Of a stretch of DNA of 64,000 nucleotides, positions 12,300 through 26,500 are shown one piece after another. Below the pieces are notes generated by a model that was not told the origin of the DNA, did not search any database, and worked only from the letters and a program-made list of their open reading frames with translations. The stretch is from Eledone cirrhosa (taxonomy: Eukaryota), in contig OZ024747.1 in NCBI GenBank assembly GCA_964016885.1, forward strand, positions 25,234,001-25,298,000. Reading direction: 5' to 3'. How positions within the stretch are numbered: the stretch's first letter is position 1; every line of letters starts with the position of its first letter. A program made the position numbers and the translations under genes.

Positions 12300-15200
12300 G
12301 TAAGTTCAGCATTTTTTTTTCTTATATTTTGTTAACCCTTTCTTTACCAGATCTCATGATTTAGCTGGTGTTTGGACCGTTTCGATACCGTATTTCTAAT
12401 GATTTTCAAATCATTTTGAAAATATTCAAGAATTTGGAAGGATATAAAACTTTCTTGTTATTAAGCTAGTGTTTGGAACATAACTCAACAAAGATTCTTA
12501 CGGGAAATATGAAGGAAGAGTTTTAAAATAGTTTGTATCGTAAAATCAGGAGCGAATTGGTATTAAGAGGGTTAGGTTGACATCATTTAATGTCGTTCGT
12601 TTATACTGGCGTAGGTTGGGCAGGTCATCACAGATCAAATCAATACTTAATCAGAGTTACCCAGATGGGTCGGATCCACGTCTTGCTTACAATAATGGTT
12701 TTGGCATGGTTTCTACAGTTTTTACCTTTGAAATAATTTATTTAATGCTTGAATGTTCCTGGAAGATAGCAAAAGCTCATCATTTTATCTCTTTGATTTC
12801 TTGTTTATTTTAAACTGTTTTCAACTCATCATTTCAAGGATTTTAATATTTTTTAATCAGTTATATTCAATATCAAAAGAAACGATTTTGTAATTGTAAT
12901 AGCTCATCATCCCCCCCCCCCCCCCCCCCCCTCCTCCTCATCATCATCATCAGCATATGTCTGTTTTTCCATGCTGGCATGGATTAGCTGAGTCGAGGGA
13001 CCTTGTCTCCCTCAAATCAGTTCCATTTTTGACATGGTTTCTACAGCTTCCTAATGCGAATCACTATACAGATTGTACTGGGTGTATTTTTATCATCACC
13101 CCAGCACAAGGGAGGTTACCATGTTCTTCACATGGCTTAGAATGCCAGCTACTTTATGGAATGTATGAAGTGTCTTTTATTGTAGCACCAACCAATCTTT
13201 GGGTGTGCACCTTGTTCCAAAGTATGTTGATCAAGACGAATGGTGGTTAAGGGTTTATTTTATAGCTATTACCTCATTCAAAGGCAAATGAAAACGAGAG
13301 TTGGAACTCCTCTTCTATGGCCCAGAGAACTATGATAAAATAACAGTAGACTGAGGATTGAACATTGGTGGACTCCTACTTGTAAGTTATTCCTGACTCC
13401 TATCTTGCCAACTGCATCTCTCTCTACACAACTTATACAGATCTTTCAACACAAGGTTCTTACATAAAATTATGATGGAAGGTTTTTAGATAAACATAAA
13501 CACTTTAAAATAAACAGTTTTGTATCATAGAACCATGACCAAGTTTTGGCAGTTTGGTATCAAAAGGGTTAAAATTAAGGATGATTTGAAGCAGAATAAT
13601 ATTAAATTTATAAGTGTTTGTCTCTATTTCCTCAGTGTTTTCCTGTTGGCAGTGTAATTTGGGGCAAATTATCAGGTTTCAAACCTTGGCCTGGCTTGGT
13701 AATCAACCACGAAGACATACAGAAAAAGCCATCTCCACTTACAGTCTGGGTGTTATGGTTTGGTGACTACAAAATTTCAGAGGTAATTTATCTTTTTGCA
13801 TTTCATTTGTCATATATAATATCTGACAAGTATGTTAAAATTATTTTCTAGCCATTTGTCTATCCAATCATCTCTGCTTGTCTGTCTAGCTATCTGTGTC
13901 TGTCTGTCTGTCTGTCTATCTGTCTGCCTATCCAATCACCTCTGTCTGTCTAGCCATCTGTGTCTGTCTGTCTGTCTATCCAATCACCTCTGTCTGTCTA
14001 GCCATCTGTGTCTGTCTGTCTGTCTATCCAATCACCTCTGTCTGTCTAGCCATCTGTGTCTGTCTGTCTGTCTATCCAATCACCTCTGTCTGTCTATCCA
14101 ATCACCTCTGTCTGTCTAGCCATCTGTGTCTGTCTGTCTGTCTAGCCATCTGTGTCTATCTGTCTGTCTATCCAATCACCTCTGTCTGTCTAGCCATCTG
14201 TGTCTGTCTGTCTGTCTATCCAATCACCTCTGTCTGTCTAGCCATCTGTGTCTGTCTGTCTGTCTATCCAATCACCTCTGTCTGTCTAGCCATCTGTGTC
14301 TGTCTGTCTATCCAATCACCTCTGTCTGTCTAGCCATCTGTGTCTGTCTGTCTGTCTAGCCATCTGTGTCTATCTGTCTGTCTATCCAATCACCTCTGTC
14401 TGTCTAGCCATCTGTGTCTGTCTGTCTGTCTATCCAATCACCTCTGTCTGTCTAGCCATCTGTGTCTGTCTGTCTATCCAATCACCTCTGTCTGTCTAGC
14501 CATCTGTGTCTGTCTGTCTGTCTAGCCATCTGTGTCTATCTGTCTGTCTATCCAATCACCTCTGTCTGTCTAGCCATCTGTGTCTGTCTGTCTGTCTATC
14601 CAATCACCTCTGTCTGTCTAGCCATCTGTGTCTGTCTGTCTATCCAATCACCTCTGTCTGTCTAGCCATCTGTGTCTGTCTGTCTGTCTATCCAATCACC
14701 TCTGTCTGTCTAGCCATCTGTGTCTGTCTGTCTGTCTATCCAATCACCTCTGTCTGTCTAGCCATCTGTGTCTGTCTGTCTGTCTATCCAATCACCTCTG
14801 TCTGTCTAGCCATCTGTGTCTGTCTGTCTGTCTATCCAATCACCTCTGTCTGTCTAGCCATCTGTGTCTGTCTGTCTGTCTATCCAATCACCTCTGTCTG
14901 TCTAGCCATCTGTGTCTGTCTGTCTGTCTATCCAATCACCTCTGTCTGTCTAGCCATCTGTGTCTGTCTGTCTGTCTGTCTATCCAATCACCTCTGTCTG
15001 TCTAGCCATCTGTCTGTCTGTCTATCCAATCACCTCTGTCTGTCTAGCCATCTGTCTGTCTGTCTATCCAATCACCTCTATCTATCTGTCTAGCCATCTG
15101 TCTCTGTCTATCCAATCATCTCTGTCTGTCTGTCATCTCTGTGTGTCTGTTGTTCTCTAGGTTATGTGTGTCTGTGTTTATCTGTCTGTATATCTGCCTG

Positions 15201-17806
15201 TTAGAATGATTGGATGTAGTAGATACCTAGGGATATATGATGCATGAAATACAATTAGTAAAGTGGATGTTAACATATTTAATTTAACTGTTACTTTGCT
15301 TGTCTAGCTTTCCATAGCGCTTTTTCACTTTCAGTATTTGTCTATTTGTCTCTCCCTTTCTCAACCGCATATTACTGGTGGTTAGTGACTACATTTAGAA
15401 TATGTACTATATTATACCTGAAAATTATTGTTCACATGGTAACCTGTGGATTATTTGATTTTTGTTTCTGGTGTGGTGTATGTGTATGACTGTATTTCTA
15501 TGTACATGTGTATGAAAGGTGGTCAGTTGGTAGTATCTGTTCCTACTGGGTTCTGAGTTGAAATCTCATCTACCATAAAAACTGGGGCCGAATCATTAAC
15601 TCTTTTGTTAGCAAATTTCTAAGGAAATATAATGTAACCAATGAAAGATTTGGAGGGATTTAGTACTAACTTTCTCAATATTAAGTTGATGGCTGGAACA
15701 TAAAGATTCTTTACATAAGATTATAACGGAATGGGATGGTTTGATATTAAAAGGGTTAAAATTCCCAAGAAATCTCCTGTGAGATGAAAACTCATAGGAA
15801 GTAAGTTAAATCAGTGCAGATGTTAGCCTTATTACCAACAAGAACAAATGAGGAAACATCAGTTTATTTTCTTTGTATTTCCAGCTTCCACTTTCTAAAG
15901 TGACTCGTTTTGACCAGTACTTTTATTCAAACTATAAGAATCCTTCCAAAGTATTTAATGTGGCTATTAAGGAAGCTCTAGAGGTAGGTCCAACATGCTT
16001 TCTTTTATGTATTCTTATTGCTCTGTTATTGCTGCTTTTACTGTGTATATATGTCAGGGTTAGTGCTACTATAGGCCAACTAGGCAGCTGCCTTGGGTGC
16101 AAACCTTAGATATATTATTACTGAGCCTTAAAGGATCACATTTTTATACAAATGTATAATTAAATCAAACATATAATGTCCTGCTATTAATAAATAAATC
16201 ACTAATGTACCCTTGTTCTATAGTATTGTTGTGGAAATATCCAAAGCAGTGAAGTTTTGATGTGTCACATGATTTGGCATGGGCGAGTGTGGAAAATATA
16301 GCAACAGACTAAATGCTTAACACTTTAGCATTTAAACAGGCTGTATCTGGCCAGAATTCTCTCACCTCTTTCTTTTCAAACTGGCTATAACTAGCCTCTC
16401 ATACTAACGTTATGGTATGGTATTGTTCTCAAAATAAATAATATCAAAATCTCATAGATTCAATATTATGTGAGACAATTATGTGAAATAAAGACTTTAC
16501 TGTGAAAATACAATAGTAAATATAGAGTAATGTAAATGCTAAAGGGTTAAGCATATTTACTATTTATTTTTACTCTCTAAATTGAAAACTAAAAGGGTTG
16601 GCATAAGAAATGGTATCTGGCTGTAAAACATTGCCTCAAAAGGATACTCATCGTTATTATCACTTAATGTTTATTTTCCTTGCTTGCAAGAGTTGGATGA
16701 GTCATCACAGACAAAATCAGTCCTTAAATGGAGCTATTGTCCTCCTACATATCTCAATAAATATTCTAGTTTTGGGATGGTTACAACAACTTTTTTTTTT
16801 TTGCATAACTATTGGTTGAAATGATATTTTTTATTTTATTTATTTCAGGTTTGTGCAGAGCGTTGTGGTTTGAAACATGATGAACTTGACTCAGAGTATC
16901 TCTTTAGCTGGGCAAAGCAGCGTTTTATGGAAATAGTTGTTGATGGTAAAGATCCATTTCTACCTTTGAAAGGTTAGTTTTGTTTATTTTTTATTTGTTT
17001 ATTCTTTCATTGGTTTCAGTCATTAAACTACAGCCATGCTGAGATACCAGCTTGAAAGGAAATACTTAACCATATTGATTCCAGTATTGAACTAGTACTT
17101 TATTTAGCAATCTTAAAAGGATGAAATACAAAGTTGACCTTGGTGGGATTTGAACTTAATGCATAGAAATCAGAAATGAATACTGGAAAGCATTCTAACA
17201 ACCTTGGCAGTTTGCCACCTCACGGGATCCCATTTAACTTGTCTCAGCATAGAAAGGTGGACATAGAAGTGGTAATAGCAATATATATATATATATTTAT
17301 ATCATCATCATCATCATCGTTTAACATCTATTTTCCACACTAGCATGGGTTAGATGGGAATTGTCCCACTTGAGGCAAGATTGATCGGGTGACCGTGTCT
17401 TGCTCATATAGGACTGTATCTGGTAGGTTTTCTATGGCTGGATGCCCTTCCTAACACTAACTTATATATATATACATGGAGGCACATGGCTTAGTGGTTA
17501 GAGCATTGGCCTTGCAATCAAAAGGTTGTGAGTTCAATTCTCAGACTGGGTGATGTGTTGTTTCCTTGAGCAAGACACTTTATTTCACATTGCTCCAGTT
17601 TACTCAGCTGTAGAAATGAGATGATAGGGACTGGTGTCCCTATCATTCCACTGCAAAGTGGATGTGGAGGTGCCAAGGAAAAAAAGCACCCAGCACTCAC
17701 TGTAAATGAGGTTGGTGTTAGGAAGGGCATCCAGCTGTAGAAATCAAGCCAGAATCAGTTCCCGACCCACCCTTGCAAGCAGGGAAAAGCGGACGTAAAA
17801 TGATGA

Positions 17807-17878
<72 letters not shown>

Positions 17879-18215
17879 CATACACACACACATATATATA
17901 TTCATATCAGGAGTATGACAGCCTGTGTACACATTGATAAATGGCCTCCAGCCACAGAAATCTTGCCAAACAAAGGGTTGAGAGGACCTTCAGTTGTGTC
18001 AAAGACATGACAACCTCTCTTGTGCACTCAGTAGAACGTGAAACTGGACATAAGCAAGATGCAGATCCCTGACCTGTCTGGGAGATCACCAGCCCTGCTT
18101 CAGTACTGGCTTGGTCTATTTAGACCTGTCCAACTCTTACTAGTAGGAAAAGCAGACATTAAAACAACAACGACGATGATGATGATGGTATATACCTTAT
18201 AAATATATATATATG

Positions 18216-18253
<38 letters not shown>

Positions 18254-20616
18254 TACACACACACACACATCATCATCATCATCATCATCATTTTATGTCC
18301 GCTTTTCCCTGCTTGCAAGGGTGGGACGGGTCCTATTCAGCATAGCATCTCTCCACTTGTCACGGTCCTTCATCATCTTCGTGAGCTGCAGCGATCTGAA
18401 GTCTGCTCTCACCACCTTCGCCCATGTTTTGTCTCTTCCTCTACTGCGTCTTCCTTCTACTGGGATTTCTTGGCACTTCTTTACTCAGCGGTCATCCTCC
18501 ATGCGCATCACAACTTATCCCTCTTATACACAGTTTCTCTCTCAACTCATCTATGCTTGGTCGTTCATGCACATTGACATTGCACATCCAACAGAGCATC
18601 TCACACAGGCACCATATAACTGGCCTTTCGTATGCAGGGAGAAACCCTTCTTTGTCAGCAGAAGAAGCAGCTCCCTAAACTTCTTCCAACCCGTCCTTAT
18701 TCCAGATACTATGTCCTTGAACACCTCCCTCCCATGCTAATCTGATCACCTAGGTACCGGAAGCTATCAACCATTTCTATAGAACCCACCTGCATTTGAA
18801 AAATGTGTCTATCACTGTGACTTCTACTGCATACGTAGTGTTCCGTACGTGTTAGTTTGCCTGCTATCCCATTACATCTCTTGTGTACCCAAGATCTGCA
18901 TTGTGTACATTTTATAGAATTTATGCCAGTTCTTTTTCTACATATTGAACATGGCCATATTGAACTAGGTGTTGCTAGGAAATGGCGTACACAACACAAA
19001 TATATTTAACAAGCAGTGGTACCCGGCATTGCACTTGATAAGGTATTTTGGAACGTGGGCCGCCAACAGACCTAATCGTGGAAAAACTGCATGCCTGGAC
19101 AATATGTAAAGAAAATAAACCGAATACTCTGATGGCTGGCTAATCTTTAACATTTTCCTCGATGAAGCAGGAAAAATGCAGAATTTCACCTAATGCGGGC
19201 CCTAGGAGATCAAGAATGTGCCAAATATGCCTTGAAATTTCGGGAAAATGGGCTAGACGTAACACCTCAAAAAAGCCCTAAAAATCTGAAAAAAAAAATG
19301 AAGTTTTTCACCTAATGCGGGCTCTAGGCCATAAAAAAAGTTGGATTTTCTTTGCTCACGGTATGAAGAAGAGACTGACTAATACATAGTTACAATTTCA
19401 AAGAAATCGGTCTGACGTAACGCCTCAAACAACCCCTAAAAACCTGCAAAAACACGGTTTTTCACCTAATGCGGGACCTAGGGGGATCAAAAAGTTGAAT
19501 GTGCATAACACCCTGAAACATAAATAATACACATGTAAAGTTTGAAATAAGTCGGTTGGGTACTTCTCGAGTTTTAGGGATTCAAACTCACACAGACAGA
19601 CATCCTCAGGAAGTGATGTAATGCAGACAGTCAGACATACAGACAGATATTATAGGGGCTCGGCGTTATATGTATGTATCTATCTAAAAAGAGAAAGACT
19701 AAGAATTATAGAGAGAGATCACTAAATCGCCTAATGCGGTCCCTAGGGCATTGAAAATTTGAAATTTCTTTTGCTCAGAACACACCCTGAAACATAAGCA
19801 TTACATGTGTAAAGTTTGAAAACAGTCGGTTGGGTGCTTCTTGAGGTTTAGGGATTCAAACTCACACACACAGACAGACATCCTCAGTTTTATATATATA
19901 GATAACAGCTATATAAATACAAACAGACATTAGTATATATATATATATATATGAAAGACGACAGCTGTATAACAAAGTGCAGGGCAATAAAGATAGACGG
20001 TAGCCACAGAGTAGGCAGACCCAGAAAAACATGGGACGAGCTGATAAATTCCGACCTCACACGCTTACACCTCTCCAAGACAATGTCACTGGACCGAGAC
20101 CTTTGGCGGTACTCAGTAATAGAGAAGTCCCGCCTTACCTAAATACAAAGTAAAAACCTACTACAGTCAGTAGGCATCTCTATCAAAACACACCCCCGTC
20201 CAACCACCTCCACCCCATCCACACCGCCCCTTTCAATGTAAAGTTATGTTGGTCCCACAACATCCAGGCCGAAACAAATGAGATCGTGTAGGTGTCACGA
20301 CAAAAAAACACACAGTCCACGCTGTAAATGTGGCCGTGTAGGCAACCTCCCAGCCCCACACTGTAAATGTGGTTGGTGTTAGGAAGGGCATCCAGCTGTA
20401 GAAAACCCGCCAGACAGTCCACGCTGTAATGTGGCCGTGTAGGCAACACGGTAAAAACTCCCAGCCCCACACTGTAAATGTGGTTGGTGTTAGGAAGGGC
20501 ATCCGACTGTAGAAAACCCGCCAGACAGTCCTATGCGAGCAAGACAACCACTCTTGCCTCAAGTGGGAAAACCCCCGTCCAAACCCATGCAAGCGTGGAA
20601 CACCGGACGCTAAACC

Positions 20617-20647
<31 letters not shown>

Positions 20648-21677
20648 ATAAATAAATAAATATATATATATATAAATAAATAAATATATATAAATATATA
20701 TAAATATATATAAATATAGGCACATGGAGGCACATGGCTTAGTGGTTAGAGCATTGGCCTTGCAATCGAAAGGTTGTGAGTTCAATTCTCAGACTGGGTG
20801 ATGTGTTGTTTCCTTGAGCAAGACACTTTATTTCACATTGCTCCAGTTTACTCAGCTGTAGAAATGAGATGATAGGGACTGGGGTCCTTATCATTCCATT
20901 GTAAAGTGGACGTGTAGGTGCCACGGCAAAAAAGCACCCAGCACTCACTGTAAATGAGGTTGGTGTTAGGAAGGGCATCCAGCTGTAGAAATCAAGCCAG
21001 AATCAGTTCCTGTCCCACCCTTGCAAGCAGGGAAAAAGCGGACGTAAAATGAAATGATGATGATGATGATATATATATATAAATAAATAATAATGAGTTG
21101 ATGGGACTAGCATAGGTTTTATTGCTAGTACTAGTTGTACACATACATATATATCTGTATATATATATATATATATATATAAATATATATATATATAAAT
21201 ATATATATTTATTAAAATAACAGATTAAAGTTTAAGCAAAGAATCGCTGCTTTCACCCTTAACGGGATCTTCTGATCAGAAGATCCCGTTAAGAGTGAAA
21301 GCAGCGATTCTTTGCTTAAACTTTAATCTGTTATTTTAATAAATATTTGCTCTACGGTTCTTATATATTTGATATATATTTTCCTTATCGAACCCTCTTT
21401 GGATTTTAGTCTTCAATTTTATTATTATTACTATAAATATATATATATATATATATATAATGTTTATACACACTCACATATACATATAACCTATATTATA
21501 AGAGCACATATAACCTATATTATAATAAGAGCACTGTCTGTCTGTTCATCCCTACGTCGTCACACTTTATATAAAGAGGGGGACCGTCAAGTGTGAGGTA
21601 TGTACATAGATAGAGAAAAGGGGACGCCTTGAGTTTTCGAGGTGACAGAAAGCAGGAGAAAACATTGAACTCATCTA

Positions 21678-21751
<74 letters not shown>

Positions 21752-21876
21752 GTGTATGTGTGTGTGTGTGTTAGGAATGTATGAGCAAGGTATGGTTACC
21801 TGTCAAATCTCAGTACGTGACAATCAGTCTAACACATGCCAGCATGAAAAATTAGTGTAAAGCAGTGATGGTTATT

Positions 21877-21910
<34 letters not shown>

Positions 21911-22043
21911 AGTGTGTGTGTGTGCATATGTATGTATGTACACATACACATCATCATCATCATCATCATCATCGTTTAACGTCCATGTTCCACGCTTGCA
22001 TGGGTTTATATATATAAATATATATATATATATATGTATATAT

Positions 22044-22112
<69 letters not shown>

Positions 22113-22903
22113 ATATATATATATATATATATATATGTGTGCGTGTGTGTATATATATATATACTCCAAACCCATGCAAGCGTGGAAGATGGACGTTAAA
22201 CGATGATGATGATGATGATGATGATATATATATATATATATATATGTGTGTGTATATATATATACATATATATATCTGTATATATACATATATACATATA
22301 TATATACATATATATATAATATACATATATATATACATATATATATATATACATATATATATAATATACATATATATATACATGTATACACATATATATA
22401 TATATATACATACATACATACATACATACATTATGGAGGCACATGGCTTAGTTGTTAGAGCATTGGCCTTGCAACCGAAAGGTTGTGAGTTCAATTCTCA
22501 GACCGGGTGATGTGTTGTTTCCTTGAGCAAGACACTTTATTTCACATTGCTCCAGTTTACTCAGCTGTAGAAATGAGATGATAGGGACTGCGGTCCCTAT
22601 CATTCCACTGCAAAGTGGTCGTGGAGGTGCCACGGCAAAAAAGCACCCAGCACTCTGTAAATGAGGTTGGTGTTAGGAAGGGCATCCAGCTGTAGAAATC
22701 AAGCCAGAATCAGTTCCCGTCCCACCCTTGCAAGCAGGGAAAGTGGACGTAAAATGAAATGAAATGATATACATATATATACATATATATATATGTGCAA
22801 ACATTCGATTCGATTGCAAACGAATCGAATGTTTTTATTAATATTTGAAAAGCTCAGATTACATTTATTGTATTCAGCCATGTAGAACAAAGTTTCCTTT
22901 TTT

Positions 22904-22939
<36 letters not shown>

Positions 22940-23159
22940 GAACGATCGACTTTCATCAAATCGGACCGAGGTAACAATGTTTCCGTTGGTCTTTCCAATT
23001 GCTAATACTATTCTATCGGTCGCAACTCCAGGTAGAAGGAGCAACGCGAAATAAAGTGTCTTGCCCAAGGACATAACGCATCGCCTGGTCCAGGAATCGA
23101 ACTCACAACCTTACGATTGCGAATATATATATATATATATACATACATATCTATATATA

Positions 23160-23204
<45 letters not shown>

Positions 23205-23535
23205 ATTTCATTTTACGTCCGCTTTTTCCCTGCTTGCAAGGGTGGGACGGGAACTGATTTTGGCTTGATTTCTACAGCTGGATGCCCTTCCTAACACCAA
23301 TCTCATTTACAGTGAATGCTGAGTGCTTTTTTGCCGTGGCACCTCCACGACCACTTTGCAGTGGAATGATAGGGACTGGGGTCCCTATCATCTCATTTCT
23401 ACAGCTGAGTAAACTGGAGCAATGTGAAATAAAGTGTCTTGCTCAAGGAAACAACACATCACCCGGTCTGAGAATTGAACTCACAACCTTTCGATTGCAA
23501 GGCCAATGCTCTAACCACTAAGCCATGTGCCTCCT

Positions 23536-23569
<34 letters not shown>

Positions 23570-26500
23570 GTATGTACATACATACATACATACATATATA
23601 TATATACATATACATACACATATTTATGTAAAAGGTAAACAGAAATAACAACACATTTGGTACAGTATATGGAAGGAATATATTAGGTTAACGTTTAATA
23701 TAACAGCAAGAGAGTCTAAATGTTTTGGACGCTAGTGTTTCATCAGAAGAAAGAATGAGAAACAAGATCGATCGAGGCAACGGGCGAGTTGGAATTGGAA
23801 AATATGTCTTTAGATAAAAATAATTCATGTTGACATCTCTTGGACTGATAGTCATATACTGCGATATGACAGGTCAGGTAACCATGCCTTGCTCATACAT
23901 TTCTAACACCAATAACTTTACACTGTGCACTGGTTGTGTTTTATCATTGCAGGTAGCTACTTTTTATTGTCGCACCAGTTGTTTTACAATCTGACATACA
24001 TATATCATGAACATTTTCCTTATAATATCAACACTTATTTATTTTTGTTTCTAAATTTTTTTTCTTTCAGGAGATCCTTATCCACAATTTGTTAAACGAA
24101 AGTTGCAGCCAATATTCAAATTAGGTGAAAATGTTGAGAAAGAACCAGAGAAAGTATCATCTCCTGTTAATGCTATTTTTGAAAACAGTAAGATGTAGTT
24201 TCCCTTCTATGTAATAATTCTTTCTAACATAGGCACAAGGCCAGCAATTTAGGGGAAGGGGAAAGCCGATTGTATCAACCTCAGTATTTATCTGGTGCTT
24301 TCTTTTATCAAGCCCCGAAGGATGAACGGCAAAGTTGACCTCCGTGGTATTTGAACTCAGAACATAGAAAATGCTGCAAAGCATTTTGACTGACGCTCCA
24401 TTGATACTGCGAATCTATTGCTCCCCCTTCTATCTGATAAAGTGCAGCTGTGTGATAATGACGGTAGTGGTGATGATAGTGCTTTTTTGATAGTGGTGGT
24501 GCAGTTTATTGTTTAACTCCAGATTATAGATGGGTCAATTCAAAAGGTCAATTAAACTTTTGGGTCAAAACCTGACATGAAAATATATAAAATAATACAA
24601 TAAAATACAACTTATTTTTATATAGGTTTCTTATTTATATATAGTATTTACTGTTTATTTGGATAGATATGGCTGCTATTTCTCTGCAGGCCAGTTGTTA
24701 GTTGCCCTAACTTCTTGACAGGTACTTTATTTTATTGATACTGGAAGGATGAACAGCAAAGTTGACCATGGCGAGATTTGAACTCAGAATGTAACACAAA
24801 GCATTAGTCTGGCACTCTTATATTTATAACGGTTTCTGATTAAAGCATTAGTCTGACACTCTTATATTTATAACGGTTTCTGATTAAAGCATTAGTCTGA
24901 CACTCTTATATTTATAACGGTTTCTGATTTAGGCACAAGGCCATCAATTTTAGATTTGAACTCAGAATGTAAAGGGTCGTAGCCATATGCCACAAAGTAT
25001 GTTGTCTGATGCTCCACTGATTCTGCCAAACCGCATAATGATAATAAAATAGTTGGAAATTTACTGAAACATTTTGGTTTTTACTTTCAACAGATGATCT
25101 CATAAATAAACTGAAAAGTAATCAAGTGAAAATTCAAGGTAAGTCAATGATTTGTTAATAAATATTTATTATTATCATTATTATTCATATTCATTTTCCC
25201 AGTGATGATCTTATTAACAATAGATCATTTAATTAACTCCCTATCAAGTTATGTTACCTCAATTAGATAATACTTTCTGCAGGATATTTGCTGTTCTGAA
25301 AAGTGTTTTGTTTGAGTTTTAAATGTTTATCTTTTTTTAGTTTTTGTTATAACCTTTTGTTACACACAAAAACCCACACATTATTGTCCAGTGCTGTCTC
25401 TATGTTTGTTTAATGTCAGCTCTGTGTGGATAATAAAGAAACGAGTATTATTGTCATTGTTGTTGTTGGTCATTATTCTCCTGAATGTAACACATAGTGA
25501 AAGTATTCTTGTGTTTCTTATAGAAATCTGTATTGGTTGCCAGTCATCAGATGAAGTGATAGTGGCACAACATCCCTTGTTTGAAGGTGGACTCTGTGAA
25601 CAGTGCAAGGTAATCATTATTTTCATCATCATCATCCTCATCATCCTCATCATCATCATCATTTAATGTCCATTTTCCATGTTAGCATGGGTTAGGCGTG
25701 TTGTTCCATTGTGAGACAAGCCAGGTCAGATGACCATGTCTTGCTCATACAGAACTGATTTTAGCTTGTTTTCTATGGCTGGATTCCCTTCCTAATGCCA
25801 ACCACTTTACAGTGTGGACTGGGCACTTTTTGTCGTGATACCTACACAACCACTTTACAGTGTGGATTGAGGAATTGGGTTGGAGAAGTGCATGGGGATT
25901 GAGGAGGTAAAATCTAGGGGCATGGGTGAGGAGTGGGGTGTTAGAATGTGGGATGTGTACGGAGGGGAAGGTGGTGCATTCTAGATGCATGCTTCAACCT
26001 GTGCACATGGGAAGGTGGGCCTTTTGTATTACTGCATAATGCCAGAGATCACAGTCCTGTGTCATCACCTTTCAGAGGTACAACTGTGAAAAGTGAGCTT
26101 TTATCACCTTATTCCAAGTCTTCCTAGATCTTCCTACTCCATAGCTTCCATCAACTTTGAGTACTCTGCATATTTTTATACAGCTTATCCTCCATACACA
26201 CCACATTTCATAACACCACAATCTCTTCTCCTGTACACTGCATCTAACTCCTCTTATGCCTAATTTCTTTGTCAGTTCACTGTTACTTTGTTTTATTTAT
26301 ATATTACTATTATACATCCATTGGAGCTTGGAAGCTTTATTTCTTTCCAATCTTCAAAGGTTCTCTGCACACGGCATCCTGGTCTCACTACCATGCCACA
26401 TTTTTGTTTATACATAAGCATTATACAATCTGCCTTTCATTTTGAGGGAAAAACCTTTTGTAGTTAGCAGTGGTAGTAGCTCCCTGAACTTTCCTCTTCG

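Noticed and set aside
13832-15160. Long Cys/Ser/Leu-rich ORFs
   Set aside because: Translations of the 48-bp minisatellite inside an intron.
17478-17550. tRNA-like sequence with A and B boxes
   Set aside because: Head of a multi-copy SINE with no closed acceptor stem; it continues into the SINE body.
21912-22510. YI-repeat ORFs
   Set aside because: Translations of (TA)n microsatellites.
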